DNA of 64,000 bases from Macrostomum lignano (taxonomy: Eukaryota), in NCBI GenBank assembly GCA_002269645.1, contig NIVC01001449.1:224034-288033 (forward strand), given 5' to 3'. The position numbers and the translations under genes are program-made. Below the pieces are notes generated by a model. That model ran no database searches. It worked only from the letters and a program-made list of their open reading frames with translations, and was not told the origin of the DNA. Positions 13,104-24,840 of the stretch are shown here, piece by piece; position 1 is the first letter of the stretch; each line of letters begins with the position of its first letter.

Positions 13104-13353
13104 TGCTGTGAATGTGCATGCTCAATGCTATTATGCAATGTACGCGCACTGATGTACATCTATGAGTATCAGTCAGATTAATTTCATTCATTTGGCCAGC
13201 GGCCACAACACTGGCATCGCAAACAGGGACTTAGCGAAAACCCACCCCGGGCAAACTTCAAATTCAAAATTCAACTCACGGCAGCCAAGGCCCACAAGCC
13301 CAACTCTCGCTATCGCATTGCAATTCTGCAAACTCAGCACAACGAAGTTAGAA

Positions 13354-16300
13354 ATGAGCAGCTCTGACAACGCCACAGCGCCAGCGCTACGACTAAACCT
13401 CAGAGAACAGCCTCCATTTCTCGACAACCCAGGAACACCTGTGGGCCGCTGAGTTCGATAACTACCTGCTAGCGTCAGGAGTCGACGGCTTGCAAGAAGC
13501 CAGGAAGATCGCACTACTCGTGCACTGCCTCGGGCGGGAAGGAGTGCGAGTCTACCGGACTCTCATCAAGTCTCCAGATGAAGCTCCAGCGACACTCGAA
13601 GCGGCATGCAAACTGCTCAAGGAGCACTTTCAGCCCACCGTCAGCGTGTATGCCAAGCGCCATGACTTCCAGAAGTGCGTCCAGCGGAGCGGCGAAGGCG
13701 TGCACGCATTCGTGGCAAACTGGCGCCATGCCGCCAGAGAATGCGAGTTCCAGAGCCTTCACGACCGACCTCATCCTGGACCAGCTGATCTTCGGCACTT
13801 CATCAGCGAAGGTGCGCGAACGCCTCCTGCTAGAGCAAGAGCTCACCCTGGACGGAGCAATCCAGATTGCCGCCCAGGTGGAAAAGGCTGTCCAGAGTGA
13901 GAAGTCCTTGACCGGCAAGAATGCAGCTGACGACGGCATCAGGAAGATCAACGCCAAGAGAGCTCCGATCGGCACCAGAGGCCAGGCAGTGCGACCATCG
14001 CAGGAGCCCTGCTGCTCACACTGCGGTAAGCCGGACCACCGCGCAGGCAGCGACCCGCGCTGCGCTGCCCGTGGCAAAGCGTGTAAGAAGTGCGGGAAGC
14101 TCAACCACTTTGCCAGCGTGTGCAAGAGCAGCACCACGGCACCGCACTCGGCTCAGAATAATGTTCAAGGCGTCGACTTCGACAGCTCCACTCAGCAAAG
14201 CATCATCGCCGTCAGCACGGACAAGAAGGGTGAGTACAAGAAAGAGAGCCAGCGTCAGGATTAACGGGTTTAGAACTCCGCTGTTGGTGGACACAGCTGC
14301 CAAAGTCTCCATGATCAACATGCAGACCTGCCATAAGCTTTTCGGCTCGAAGGTCCCCCTGCGACCGTCTGGGAGACAGCTCGTGTCGTACAACGGCTCC
14401 AGCATCAGCGTCGCCGGTGAGGTCGACGCCACGGTCGAGTTCGACCGCGTCCAGCTCCAGTCGTTCACCTTCACCGTCGTCATGGACGGCGATGACCTGA
14501 TGGGAATCGACCTGATGGACAAGCTGAACTGCAGAGTTCTCAGGCCTTCCGGACATCTCCTCCTGCGAGGTGCGAAGCGAGAGCTGAGATGTCGGTTGTC
14601 GAGAAAATGACCATTATCGCCGCTCATGTTGCGGGAGATTCAACAGCGAGTCAGTCGTTCTGACGGTTTTCTGCTTGCATGCGGGGCAGTCACCATCTGC
14701 TGTTGGTGGGGCATGCTTCGAAAATCTAGTGTGGTACTTGCTGCGGTCGAGTCAGAGGAGCCTCCGACCACGTCGATGCCCGAATGGATTCCAGTCAAAT
14801 ACCACGCCCTGGGCACCGGACTCGGTGAGATCAAAAGGTTCTGCCACCGTCCGAGAGTTGACCCAAATGTGCCGCCCATGGCTCAGCGTCTGCGCCGACT
14901 GCCTCTAGCGCTGCGCCAGGAGTGCGACAGCGAGATTCAACGCTTGGAGGAAGAAGGCATCATCAAGCGAGTCGACGGCGACATCCCTGACTGGCAGTGC
15001 AACGTCACCTGTGCCCGCGGAAGCTGCGCCTCTGCGTTGATCTGGGAAGCGTCAACAAGGCGATCATCCTGGACTCGATGTCACTGCCTACCTTCGCCGA
15101 CCTGGTGACAGAATTCAACAATCGAAGTTTTTCTCAAGGATCGACCTCAACCAGTCGTATCTACAGCTGCCTCTGCATGATGACGCCAAGAACCTGACCT
15201 GCTTCCACACCGAATCCGGCCTCTACCGATTCAGACGGATGCCGTTCGGCATAAGCTTGGCTCCGGCGGCCTTCCAGAAGGTCGTCGGCAAGATCCTTCA
15301 AGGCATCAGAGGCGTCGTTCACTATCAATACGTTCGCTGTTCACGCCGCTACGGAATCCGAGCACGAAAGTCGCGTACTTCAGGTACTGGACAAGCTGCT
15401 GCAGCATCGGGTAACCGTCAACCTCAAGAAGAGCACCTTCAAGGCGTCGGAAATCGAGTTCGTCGGACACCGCGTCAGCGCAGCGGGAATTCAACCCCTC
15501 CAGTCGCACACCGAGTCCGTATCGGAACTCAAGGCACCCACAAATACGGCAGAGTTGGCTTCATTCCTCGGCTTTGCAAAGTTCTTCCAGTTCTACATCA
15601 AGAACCTGTCTCACGTCGCCGGGCCGCTGACAGTGCTCCTGCGCAAGGACACGCCATGGAACTGGAACGCGAAATGCGAGGCAGCCTTCAGCGAGGTGAA
15701 GCGGCTCATCTCATCAGCACCGTGCCTGAAGTTCTTCGACCAAGATCACGAGACCGTCGTCTCCTGCGACAGCAGCGGCGTCGCCCTGGGCGCGACACTG
15801 AGCCAAGTCGACGAGCACGGACAGCTGCGGCCATTTGCCTTCGCCTCTACTTCGCCTCTACTCTGCGTCAGAGAAGGAGGCCTTGGCCTGCGTCTAGAGC
15901 TGCGAGTATTGGCACCTGCTGCTATACGGTTGCAAGTTCAAGCTTCTCACCGACCATCAAGCGCTGACAACCCTCTTCGACGACCTCTTCGACTTCAGCG
16001 CTGGTGCGAGCGACTCTTCGTCCACGACTTCGACATCGAGTACGTCCCCGGCAAGCTCAACGTCTAGCCCGACTTTCTATCTTGCTACGGCTACGACGGC
16101 AAGAGCCCAGCCAACGAGTCCAAAAAACAGCACCAGAGCGAGTCCGACATCAACCTGGTGCTGGCCAGAAGCGCCGAGCCGATCTCAGTCACTCAACTGG
16201 CCGATGCAACCAAGTGCGACAACCAACTGCAGCGAGTCATCGCGTTTTTCATCAACGGATGGCCAGCCGAGGTTCCAGCCGACCTGAAGGGCTTCCACCA

Positions 16301-17500
16301 AGTGCAACACGAGCTCTACCTGTGGAACGATGGTTGCTGTCTGGCGAGAGGCAGCCGAGCCGTCATCCCGACTGACCTCCGCGACCTTGTGCTGGCAGAG
16401 GCGCATCAAGGACATCTCGGCGTCGCCAAGGTCAAGGCGCGGTGCCGCGATACGGTCTGGTGGCCGCGCATCGACAGCGACGACGTGGAGGCCTTCGTGC
16501 GGAACTGCAGCGCCTGCTTCCTGTCCGAGAAGGCGTTCAAGCCGATCAAGGTCCCATGGTCAACGACGGAGCTACCAGCGGGTCCATGGCGGCAGCTGCA
16601 AGTCGAGATATCGTTGGAGAGCTGCCGGAAGCCAATGTGCCGCAGTCACATCGATTTTTCATTGTCGTTCACGATCTCTACTCCAAGTGGCCTGAGATCA
16701 TCGCATCTTCATCCGTGACTTCCGCTGCTTGTATCGAAGCCCTTCGCAGCCTGTTTGTCCGCTGGGGGCTTCCAGACGAAATTACCACGGACAACGGACC
16801 TCAGTCTTTGTCGATCGAGTTCACGGACTTCCTCAGCTCGCTCGGCATCAAACACCGTCGCACTCCACAGTGGATGGCGGAGTCGAGAGGTTCAACGGCT
16901 TCATCAAGACCTCACTGCGCGCACTTCTCGCTAATGGTGTGCCGGTGAAGCAGGCGGTTCAGGAGCTGCTGCTCGTGTATCGGTCATCCGAGCACGCGCT
17001 GACCAAGAAGTCGCCGGCCGAACTGATGCTGGGACGGAAGCTCCGCCTGCCTCTCGATCGTCTTCAACCAGCAATTAAGCACCGAGTCAACGACGGACCA
17101 GGAGCTGCGGCGCAGCGTCACGGAGCGACAGTAGCGGGCCAAGAGCCGCCGCCGGATACGCAAGCGGAACCAGCCGCTGAAGGGCGCAGCACTGACTGTC
17201 CGGAGCCACGTCCGCGTCCGCCGGCCGAGGCGCGGAAAGCTCAGCAGCGGCGTCTCCGAGCCACAGACAGTCGTCAGTCGCGAGGGCAACACGATCACCC
17301 TGACCGATGGCAGCCGCTGGCACATCAGCCGATGCATCCTGGATGACTACCACGGCTGGGGTGACGGAGCCGACGACACAGAGGCTCTGCAACAGCCGGA
17401 CGGCGGGCAACCAGAGGCGGCGCCACCGCCAACGCCACCGCTGCGTCGCTCTGAGAGACTTCGCGCACCGCCTCAATGGTTCGGCAACATTGTGACTCAC
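13354..17500 (+). pseudogene. Gypsy-2 gag-pol, heavily frameshifted
   Basis: Gag (LLVHCLG, CSHCGKPDH, CKKCGKLNHFASVC), protease LVDTAA, RT (MPFGI..APAAFQ), RNase H (SCDSS), integrase (HQGH, C..C, TDNGPQ) fragments in several frames. Confidence 0.9.
14556..14733 (+). repeat. 178-bp copy of DIRS YR sequence (matches 12713-12890) inside gypsy-2 pol
   Basis: Ungapped alignment by eye, 7 mismatches in 178 bp. Confidence 0.95.
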
Positions 17501-17800
17501 GATTGACTGACTTGACTAACTGACTGCTCATGCACTGAAACTGTTCCATTGAAATTGCTTGCTTTAATGCGTCTGCTAATCCCACCCGTAATCTGTCACC
17601 TCTTTGCACGGGGGGATGATGTTGTGAATGTGCATGCTCAATGCTATTATGAAATGTACGCGCACTGATGTACATCTATGAGTATCAGTCAGATAATATA
17701 TATTGGCTAGATCACTATAGCTGAGAGCTACCTCTCCTCTCCTCGCCTTCGTCTCAAGTGAATTGATTTAATTCATTTGGCCAGCGGCCACAACAGGATG

Positions 17801-18090
17801 CACCCCTGTTCACTTATCGCGACGCTGGAGGCAATAAGCGGCTGTTGACGGGCAGGCAACTCGATCGCTTCCTAGCTGACAAGTTGGGTGCAACGGGCTT
17901 CAAGCGTAAGCCCAGCCCACAGCCTCAGCCGTGGCGGCGCGACCTGGGCTTCAGTGTTGGGTGTGCCGGTGCCCGACATTATGCAGATTGGGGACTGGAA
18001 GAGCAAGGCAGTGCAGCGGTATCTTCCGCAGTCGCAGCAGGGCTTGGCAGCTTCTGTCGTGTTTGCTAGAGGTGTAGGCACTCTCTTTTG
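17801..18090 (+). pseudogene. DIRS-type tyrosine recombinase, C-terminal half
   Basis: Resumes after the TSD as ..DAPLFTY..LTGRQLDRFL.. then (frameshift) HSLSRGGATW..IMQIGDWKSKAVQRYL, the HxxR/W/Y catalytic region (usual Arg reads Ser). Confidence 0.85.
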
Positions 18091-19256
18091 ACGTTGACAT
18101 TCAACTTTTCAAAGTTCCGGTTTTTCCTTTGTTCGCTTTCCCTCCGCTTCGTTGCTTTGGCTTTGGACGTCTCACTGCTGCTTTCGCTTTGGCCAAAATC
18201 GCTTCTTCGTGTTTTGCTTTGGGGCACTAGCTATGAAAATTAACTCCATAGACTAACATTTATCCAGCCGAGGAGCCGGGACTAGCTAGCTATACAGAGA
18301 ACCCTCTTTCTGCTCTCAGGTCTATGGTATTGGTATATTATTGATATCCTGATATAATGTCTTGTATAGTGGACTGATTATTTTTTTACATTGTCGAAAC
18401 CTTTTAAACCTTTTTAGCAGTACACTCTCCCTTTCCATACAATAAGGCTTGTGCAGGCAGAAGCCAAGATTATTTGCCAGGAACAAATAGTAGAAAGTGT
18501 AGAGAGTTTGATAAAAAGCGACCAGATGAATGTCATTGATTGCATGCCAGGGGAAGTCCGAATTCAATCATCGTTGCCCATGTCGAAAGAAGGATTCATA
18601 ATTCATAATTCATAAGAGGAATTCACAGTGAAAGGCAAAATGAAAGATTTAATTGGGTTCAGCAGTTCCAATGATGAAATTCCTAATAATCATTCCCGCC
18701 AATCACGCACTGGGGTTAGTTGAAATATCCTGTCACCAATCAACTCCCATATAACCATCTACTACCACGACTTCTAAAAACTTTCTTGCCGTGCTGTGCT
18801 TTCTGAGAAATTTAACTGGACTCGTACGAGACCTTCCATTAATTCAATTTAACATTAGGGTCTGACATAGCTTACTAAACCAAGCCAAGCATCGAAATGA
18901 ACGATTCAATGACAAACGCGTAAGTTACAGCAATCGTACGTCTATTGTCTCATCAGGCACTTTGAATGAAACAGATGCTTCTCCATTCTACGAGCGTATA
19001 TCAAGGACTACTAGGAATACTTCGTTATAGAAGGACGTTACACTCTCGATTCGTGTAAAAATATTTGAAGGCCCATTTTCGTTGTCTTATACAAAAATCT
19101 AAACAAGCTGGCGACTAAAGTAACTTTCTACACGCAACCGAAAAGACATTTTAATAACCGGTCTTTAACTATTGTCTACGTTTTGTAACAGCGTCCTTCT
19201 AGCCTGTTAGTCCTTGGCGTATATACTAAAAATGAGTTATCTGGCCTTTTATTCAT

Positions 19257-20336
19257 ATGAGATCTGTCTTAAGTCCTAAAACTGCTCAAACCAGGACCGA
19301 GCCAGGCTCCACCGAAGCCTCACCGCTGAGCGCCCTCAACGTTGTCCGACTCGCCTTGGAGGCGGTCATCTCGGCCACCGCCATCGCGGGCAACTCTCTC
19401 ACGGTGGCAGTCGTAATGTTGAACCCGACCATGCGCAAGCCAACCAACTACCTGGTAGCCAATCTGGCTGCTACGGATTTCCTCGTTGGCAGCGTGGCCA
19501 TCCCCATCTCCCTGGTCTCAGAGAATGGCTTTCCAAGAAATGATTTCAATGGCTGCCTAATTTTAAACTCTTTAATAGTAAGTCTCACCCAGGTGAGCAT
19601 ATTCGGCATGCTGGCAATATCGCTGGAACGATTCACAGCCGTATTCATGCCACTGAGGTACCGGCGTCTCAGCTCGAGTCGGTGGATCTCCATCATTTGC
19701 CTGGCGACCTGGCTGGCAGGCCTACTGGCTGGGAACCTGCCACTGATGGGCTGGAATCTGGGCCCTCCTGCCAACGGTCAGTGCAGCTTTGTGGCTGTCA
19801 TCGACATGAATTTCATGGTTTATTTCAACTTCTTCGTGTGCGTCCTGCCTCCGCTGCTTGTTGTCGGCGTTGTGTACGGCTGCATCTTCAAGGCTCTCAT
19901 AGACAGAGCCAGTGCTCAAGTAGAAAGCGTAAAAGCTCAACGAGGTGATTCTGAGTTCTGTTCCGCCAATAGAACTGCAGTTGACGCTGCTGGAAGTAAC
20001 GATAGCAACCAAGGAGGCAAGCTTTCACTCAGCGAGCGCAGAGCAGCAAGGAGCCTCGCTGTAGTTGTGCTTCTCTTCTTCCTGTGTTGGCTGCCGCTGC
20101 ACTGCCTCAACGCTGTCAGCCTGATGTGCTCGGAGGCCTGCGCCTACCCGTACGAGCTGCTTGTTGGCGCAATTCTGCTGAGCCACGCCAACAGCGCCGT
20201 CAACCCGTTTGTGTATGCCCTGTCCAGCACGCAGTTCCGCTCCGCCTACAGGCGGCTGCTGCAGCTCCCAAAGTGCTGGCGACGATGCAGCACCGCCGTT
20301 GGGCCGACTGTGATAATGCGTCTTGAAAGCACCTGA
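19257..20336 (+). CDS. AdoR: Class A GPCR, adenosine receptor-like, intronless 7TM core
   Basis: GN, TNYLVANLAATD, LERF, CWLPLH, NPFVY motifs; adenosine-receptor signatures LTQxSIF, MNFMVYFNFF..VLPPL, LSHANSAVNP; true N-terminus could lie upstream. Confidence 0.88.
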   Translation: MRSVLSPKTAQTRTEPGSTEASPLSALNVVRLALEAVISATAIAGNSLTVAVVMLNPTMRKPTNYLVANLAATDFLVGSVAIPISLVSENGFPRNDFNGCLILNSLIVSLTQVSIFGMLAISLERFTAVFMPLRYRRLSSSRWISIICLATWLAGLLAGNLPLMGWNLGPPANGQCSFVAVIDMNFMVYFNFFVCVLPPLLVVGVVYGCIFKALIDRASAQVESVKAQRGDSEFCSANRTAVDAAGSNDSNQGGKLSLSERRAARSLAVVVLLFFLCWLPLHCLNAVSLMCSEACAYPYELLVGAILLSHANSAVNPFVYALSSTQFRSAYRRLLQLPKCWRRCSTAVGPTVIMRLEST

Positions 20337-21379
20337 TGCTGGAGGTTATCGCGTGACCACAGCTTTTGGTTTTATTGTTAATAAAAAATGCGCTTGGATG
20401 TGGGAACAGGGGCAGCTCAGCGGTAAACACGGACTGAATGTGCTCAGGAATGGGAATAATTCTGGGACGTGGTTGTTGCTGTGGGACCATGTCGCCGCTG
20501 AAGCTGTTGGGCCAGTGCGCCAACAAGCCTCCTGCGAGTACAACTATAGATGACGCTGCACCTTTGCAAGCGACGGAAGTAAGGATACGAGGAAGTCGTC
20601 AGCTTTTAAGCACAAGATTACGAGTATTAGATGTTCCTATATTTCTATTGTATTGTTTTTACAGTTACAGTCTATGAGAATAAATATTTGGTTACAAACA
20701 TTGTGTGTGCTTTTGTCTGCGATATTATTTTTCTGTCATTTTTTTCTTGAATTTTTTTGCTGTGTGGCAGGGTGTTATCTGTTGCTGGGCATATGCATGT
20801 ACATTATCGAATAAAAAGCCGTCTCGGAGTGCCCCGGCAACGGCACGCAAACTAGCTGAGTAGCATGTTTATTTGCCAGTAACTAGATGAATTATAAGAA
20901 TCAAAGCTAAGAAGTAAACTACAGCTTGTATCACAGACAGAATTGCAACAAAAAGGTAGACAAAGACATTAAAGTGGCATTAGTAAAGTTTTACTACATC
21001 CTTGATTTGAATTCGCAACGGACCAAGAGACGAAAGAATTATTATTATGATCATCACAGGTGTCGTTAATGTACTAATTTTGCTCACCTTTATATAATTC
21101 TTATTGCTTTCAGATGATCAACGGGGATCAAACAGAGTTGCTTGGCAGTGGCAAAACGGAGCTTGTCAAGAGTTGCTCAAATCTTCATGCATTTTTTTCT
21201 CCACCATGTTGCTTTTTTTATTAGAGGCAGGGGGGTTGTGTGCACCCTGGCGCACTTTAAGCGACACAGGCACACAACCGGCGAAAGGCATTGCTGCCCA
21301 TTCCACCGACTCCCCTGAGCAGGCACACAAGCGCGCGGATACGTACGCAGGCACACACTCACACAGGAGTGTACAGCGG

Positions 21380-21573
21380 CCCTAACTTTATATTATCGTT
21401 AGGCATGTACACTTCACTGCGCCTTGGGGGTTGGCTCTCAAGGCCGTTAATTGCACGAGCAGAGCCAAGCCGAGATTCCACTTCAGCCCCAAATTAATGT
21501 GACTGCACTTGGAATCGAGCCTGGGTCGCTGGCACACCAGAGCAGCTGCGCTACCGCTGGGCTACGGCCCCCC
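21380..21573 (-). mobile_element. tRNA-derived SINE
   Basis: Minus strand begins GGGGGCCGTAGCCCAGCGGTAG (A box) ... GGCTCGATTCC (B box), then a non-tRNA body; 3' end approximate. Confidence 0.65.
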
Positions 21574-21698
21574 TTACCATGTTGTTTCATTCATTTAGCT
21601 TACATTGAAGTCGAGTTTTGTTCATGGTTAAGCCAGATATGCAGTCATTAGGAAACCAACTAAGGTAATATTTTGCTATCTCGAAAACTTTCTCTCTT

Positions 21699-21702
21699 TC
21701 AC

Positions 21703-21742
<40 letters not shown>
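21699..21742 (+). repeat. (CT)n microsatellite
   Basis: Seen directly. Confidence 0.95.
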
Positions 21743-21743
<1 letters not shown>

Positions 21744-22564
21744 AACTATTTCCCCAGTGCTCCTGTCTATGGTCGATTAACGACCCTGCATCAAAATCCG
21801 TGCGTTATCCATCCATTATCGTATCAATGGTGGCCATCTTAAAAATCTATAAGCTATAAGGATAAAACTTCATGATTTTGATCTTACCATGTTTCCTACG
21901 CGCATAAGCATGTGCTGCATATGCTATAGACCGGATTGCCACGGGTCTCTAAAGTAATACTCCATGTAGTTCCCAAATTCTGTTTCAAAAATATAGAATC
22001 TAATTACAAAAGCGTCGAATAATTATAGAGCACTAATGCCTTGACAGCTTTCTGCATAACAGGAAAACAGCATAATGCAGTCCAAAAATGAGATCGAAAT
22101 TGGATGTTTATTATGAGGCTATAGCTTTCAGCAATGCAGCCGCAGCTAGCTCGTAAAAGTGCATGCAAATGTGTGAAAAACATTTCATATTTGGCCTCGT
22201 CCTCATCATCCACATAATTACAGCAGCTGTAGTTTAATTAAACAACAGGTAACTTCCGGGCCACTTAATGTTGACTAAATGCCCTTTGTTTCCTCTCTGT
22301 GCTAAGAATGTACATTTGCACGGTAAAGTTGTGTGCACTTGCTAATTTTCAGTCAAGTTGATTGCACAGGCAATTCCCATTTTCACAGGTAATGCCTGGG
22401 AACCACTGCAGATGCGCACCTACGTACGTCTACAGACTGCATGTAATTCAAATATGCTCATTAGATCCCGATTCCCTTTGATAAAACCGGATCTGGTATA
22501 CATGTAAGTTGTAAATCCGGCCTTATCTCTGAATTCTTCTCAACTGTTTTATTGTTCTTAACTG

Positions 22565-22762
22565 GCCGCAGGTACTCCTCTTAGCGCCGCAGGAACTCAT
22601 TTTAGCGCCACTGGCACTCATTTTAGCGCCACTGGCACTCATTTTAGCGCCACTGGCACTCATTTTAGCGCCACTGGCACTCATTTTAGCGCCACTGGCA
22701 CTCATTTTAGCGCCACTTGCACTCATTTTAGCGCCGCGGGTACTCATTTTGGCGCCGAAGGG
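22565..22762 (-). repeat. 21-bp minisatellite (TAAAATGAGTGCCAGTGGCGC on minus strand)
   Basis: About 9 units; related to the array at 49428-49790 in opposite orientation. Confidence 0.93.
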
Positions 22763-24333
22763 CACCTGGAAGAAAAATTATTGATTGCCACAACAGGTCA
22801 CAAGGTGGGGTGGGGGGGGGCAAAGCATTGGCAATGTCCCCCATTACCCCATAGCCTTTAAGGGGGGCATGTCCCCCCTGTCCCCCCCCCGCGCCTGCAA
22901 ACAGCCCTCTAGCCCGAACTAATGCTTCTGTCTATGGATTTTCGGGCAGTGATGAGCTCTGATTCTGATCCTGTCCTCAAATCCATTGACAGAGCTGTGT
23001 TGTCACATCATTACAAGGGCGCCACTAAGCATTAACCATAGACGAAACTAGCAGGCACGGAATGAATTCGCGGGCACACATTGACGATTCCGTGTGCGTG
23101 CGGTCCGCAAAATCTTAGGACAACAATATTCCGACGTCCACCTAAGTAACTGCGGCGTCGATGGGAATCCATGGCAAATTTAGTACTTTTATTTACCAGT
23201 AGCATATTTACACTGCCGATGTCTCGATCCTACGTCTGATTGTTGTACAGGTAGTATATTTTACCTCTGCATACATATATACATGTACTTTAGCGTCAGT
23301 CCTTATCCAGCGTCTGTACAAGCACTCGGGAGGTTAGTTACATGCACGATTATCAGCTGTTATTACTTATTTGCATATGATATCCGACTTTCGAATTCAA
23401 ATCCTGCATATAGTATCGATCTGGTAATATAGATATATTCTCAGCAACATTGATGATAACGGTCATCCAAGACCTAGTGCGTTTCAGCGAAAATTACAGA
23501 AGACAGAAATTACGTACAGAGTGTAATGAGCCGAAGTCAATCGCTATGCCAATGCTCTGGGGTGACGGCTTTCAATGTTCTACATGAATTTATATGGGGT
23601 GCATGGGTAACTGGGTACCCAACGTACATGTAAGCCTAAATATTTTGAAACAGTTTGACTAAAAATTAGATTCCTGACTGTAGCCAATTGTTGGATGACG
23701 ATATTGGTGAGCCGGCCGGGTTGCCGAAATGGACAGAGGACTCTATCAAAATCGGGATCTAAAGAGATTTTCCCGCGAGCGAGTTAATTTGCCGCTAAAG
23801 CTTTGTCTGAGAAGCATTTCCTGAATAAAGTTCAATTTCAAGATTTTCCCACTGAGATTTTTTGCCGAGTCTTTTGACAACTGATAGTAAATGTTTATAC
23901 AAACGCAATTATTTTATTTCTCTTCCCCTTCTCCCCCTGTGACTTCGGCACCCCCGTGATGACTCATTGGGATTATTCATCACGATGATTCATGCTTATC
24001 GCCCACCCCACCAACACCACCTCCTTTCTGACCCCCATCTTCCAAAGCTTTTTATGCCTGTTATCTTTTACGTAATCCCCCATCATGAACCTTTTTTCTC
24101 CGCTTCGTACCACCCCAATTTCTCGTCCAATCACAGCGCGACTGACGGGTGACATCATCAAGGTTGTTTGGAAACGGAGGTCAAGGACAAGTCACGGCCT
24201 TCAATATCACGCATCACGCTCACGTGATCGCGTGACGCGTGATCTCAGGTCTATAAATAAGAGCCCGTTTTGAGCCCTGAGCGGCGCTGGTTTTTGAACT
24301 TTCACCCTGGCCCTGAGCACGGCAACGTTTCCT

Positions 24334-24755
24334 GTGCCACCACTTCCTGAACCTGCTATAACTTCCTGCTGTAGCGTCCACTCCGAGACGTGGACGCTGA
24401 CGGCTACGCTAGAGCGGCAGCTGGACTCGGCGCACTCAGGGCTGCTCCGTGCGGCCTTTCGAGCTGACGAGAGCGTCGGGACCGAGGCCCTGTACGATCG
24501 GGCCAAAAGCTGCAGTGCCCGTCCACCATCCTGCGCCGGCGGCGACTTCAACTGGCCAGCCACGTGATCCGGGCCGAGGGCTACCGCCCCCAACCTGTTC
24601 AGGACGTCCTGCTGCTCACCTTGCAGGGTCTGTTCAGGCGGGGTCAGGCCCGAACCCGTCGATACGTGGACTGCCTGCTGTGCGACGCTGGGGTGCCCGA
24701 CACTGCCAATGGAGCGGACTTTGTTCGCTCCCAGGCTCTGCGGCGCACCATCTGA
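24334..24755 (+). pseudogene. Possible degenerate apurinic-type endonuclease fragment of a non-LTR retroelement
   Basis: Only the GGDFNWP motif and a weak TR..VD.LL motif; GC-rich island. Confidence 0.3.
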
Positions 24756-24804
24756 CGCGCCCTGCTCTAACTGTGAGCTTTGCTTGCGGGGCCGCGTATT
24801 TTGT

Positions 24805-24809
24805 TGTTC

Positions 24810-24840
<31 letters not shown>
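24805..24840 (+). repeat. (GTT)n microsatellite
   Basis: Seen directly. Confidence 0.9.

Larger units (their letters stand above)
13104..17795 (+). mobile_element. Ty3/gypsy LTR retrotransposon 2, inserted in the YR gene
   Basis: LTRs 13104-13210 and 17620-17795 with TG(C/T)TGTG...CACAACA ends; TSD GGATG at 13099-13103 and 17796-17800; PBS-like TGGCATCGC at 13212; GGGGGGA purine tract. Confidence 0.93.
11521..18090 (+). mobile_element. DIRS/Ngaro-type tyrosine-recombinase retrotransposon, 5'-truncated, degenerate, interrupted by gypsy-2
   Basis: RT C-terminus (LGFTVNWAKS..MTFLGVEFDT), DIRS-type RNase H (ESDAC, CDNMAA), overlapping YR ORF; termini not resolved. Confidence 0.82.

Noticed and set aside
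6566-17675. Many antisense and alternate-frame ORFs across the gypsy and DIRS regions
   Set aside because: Shadow ORFs of GC-rich retroelement coding sequence; only motif-bearing frames were kept
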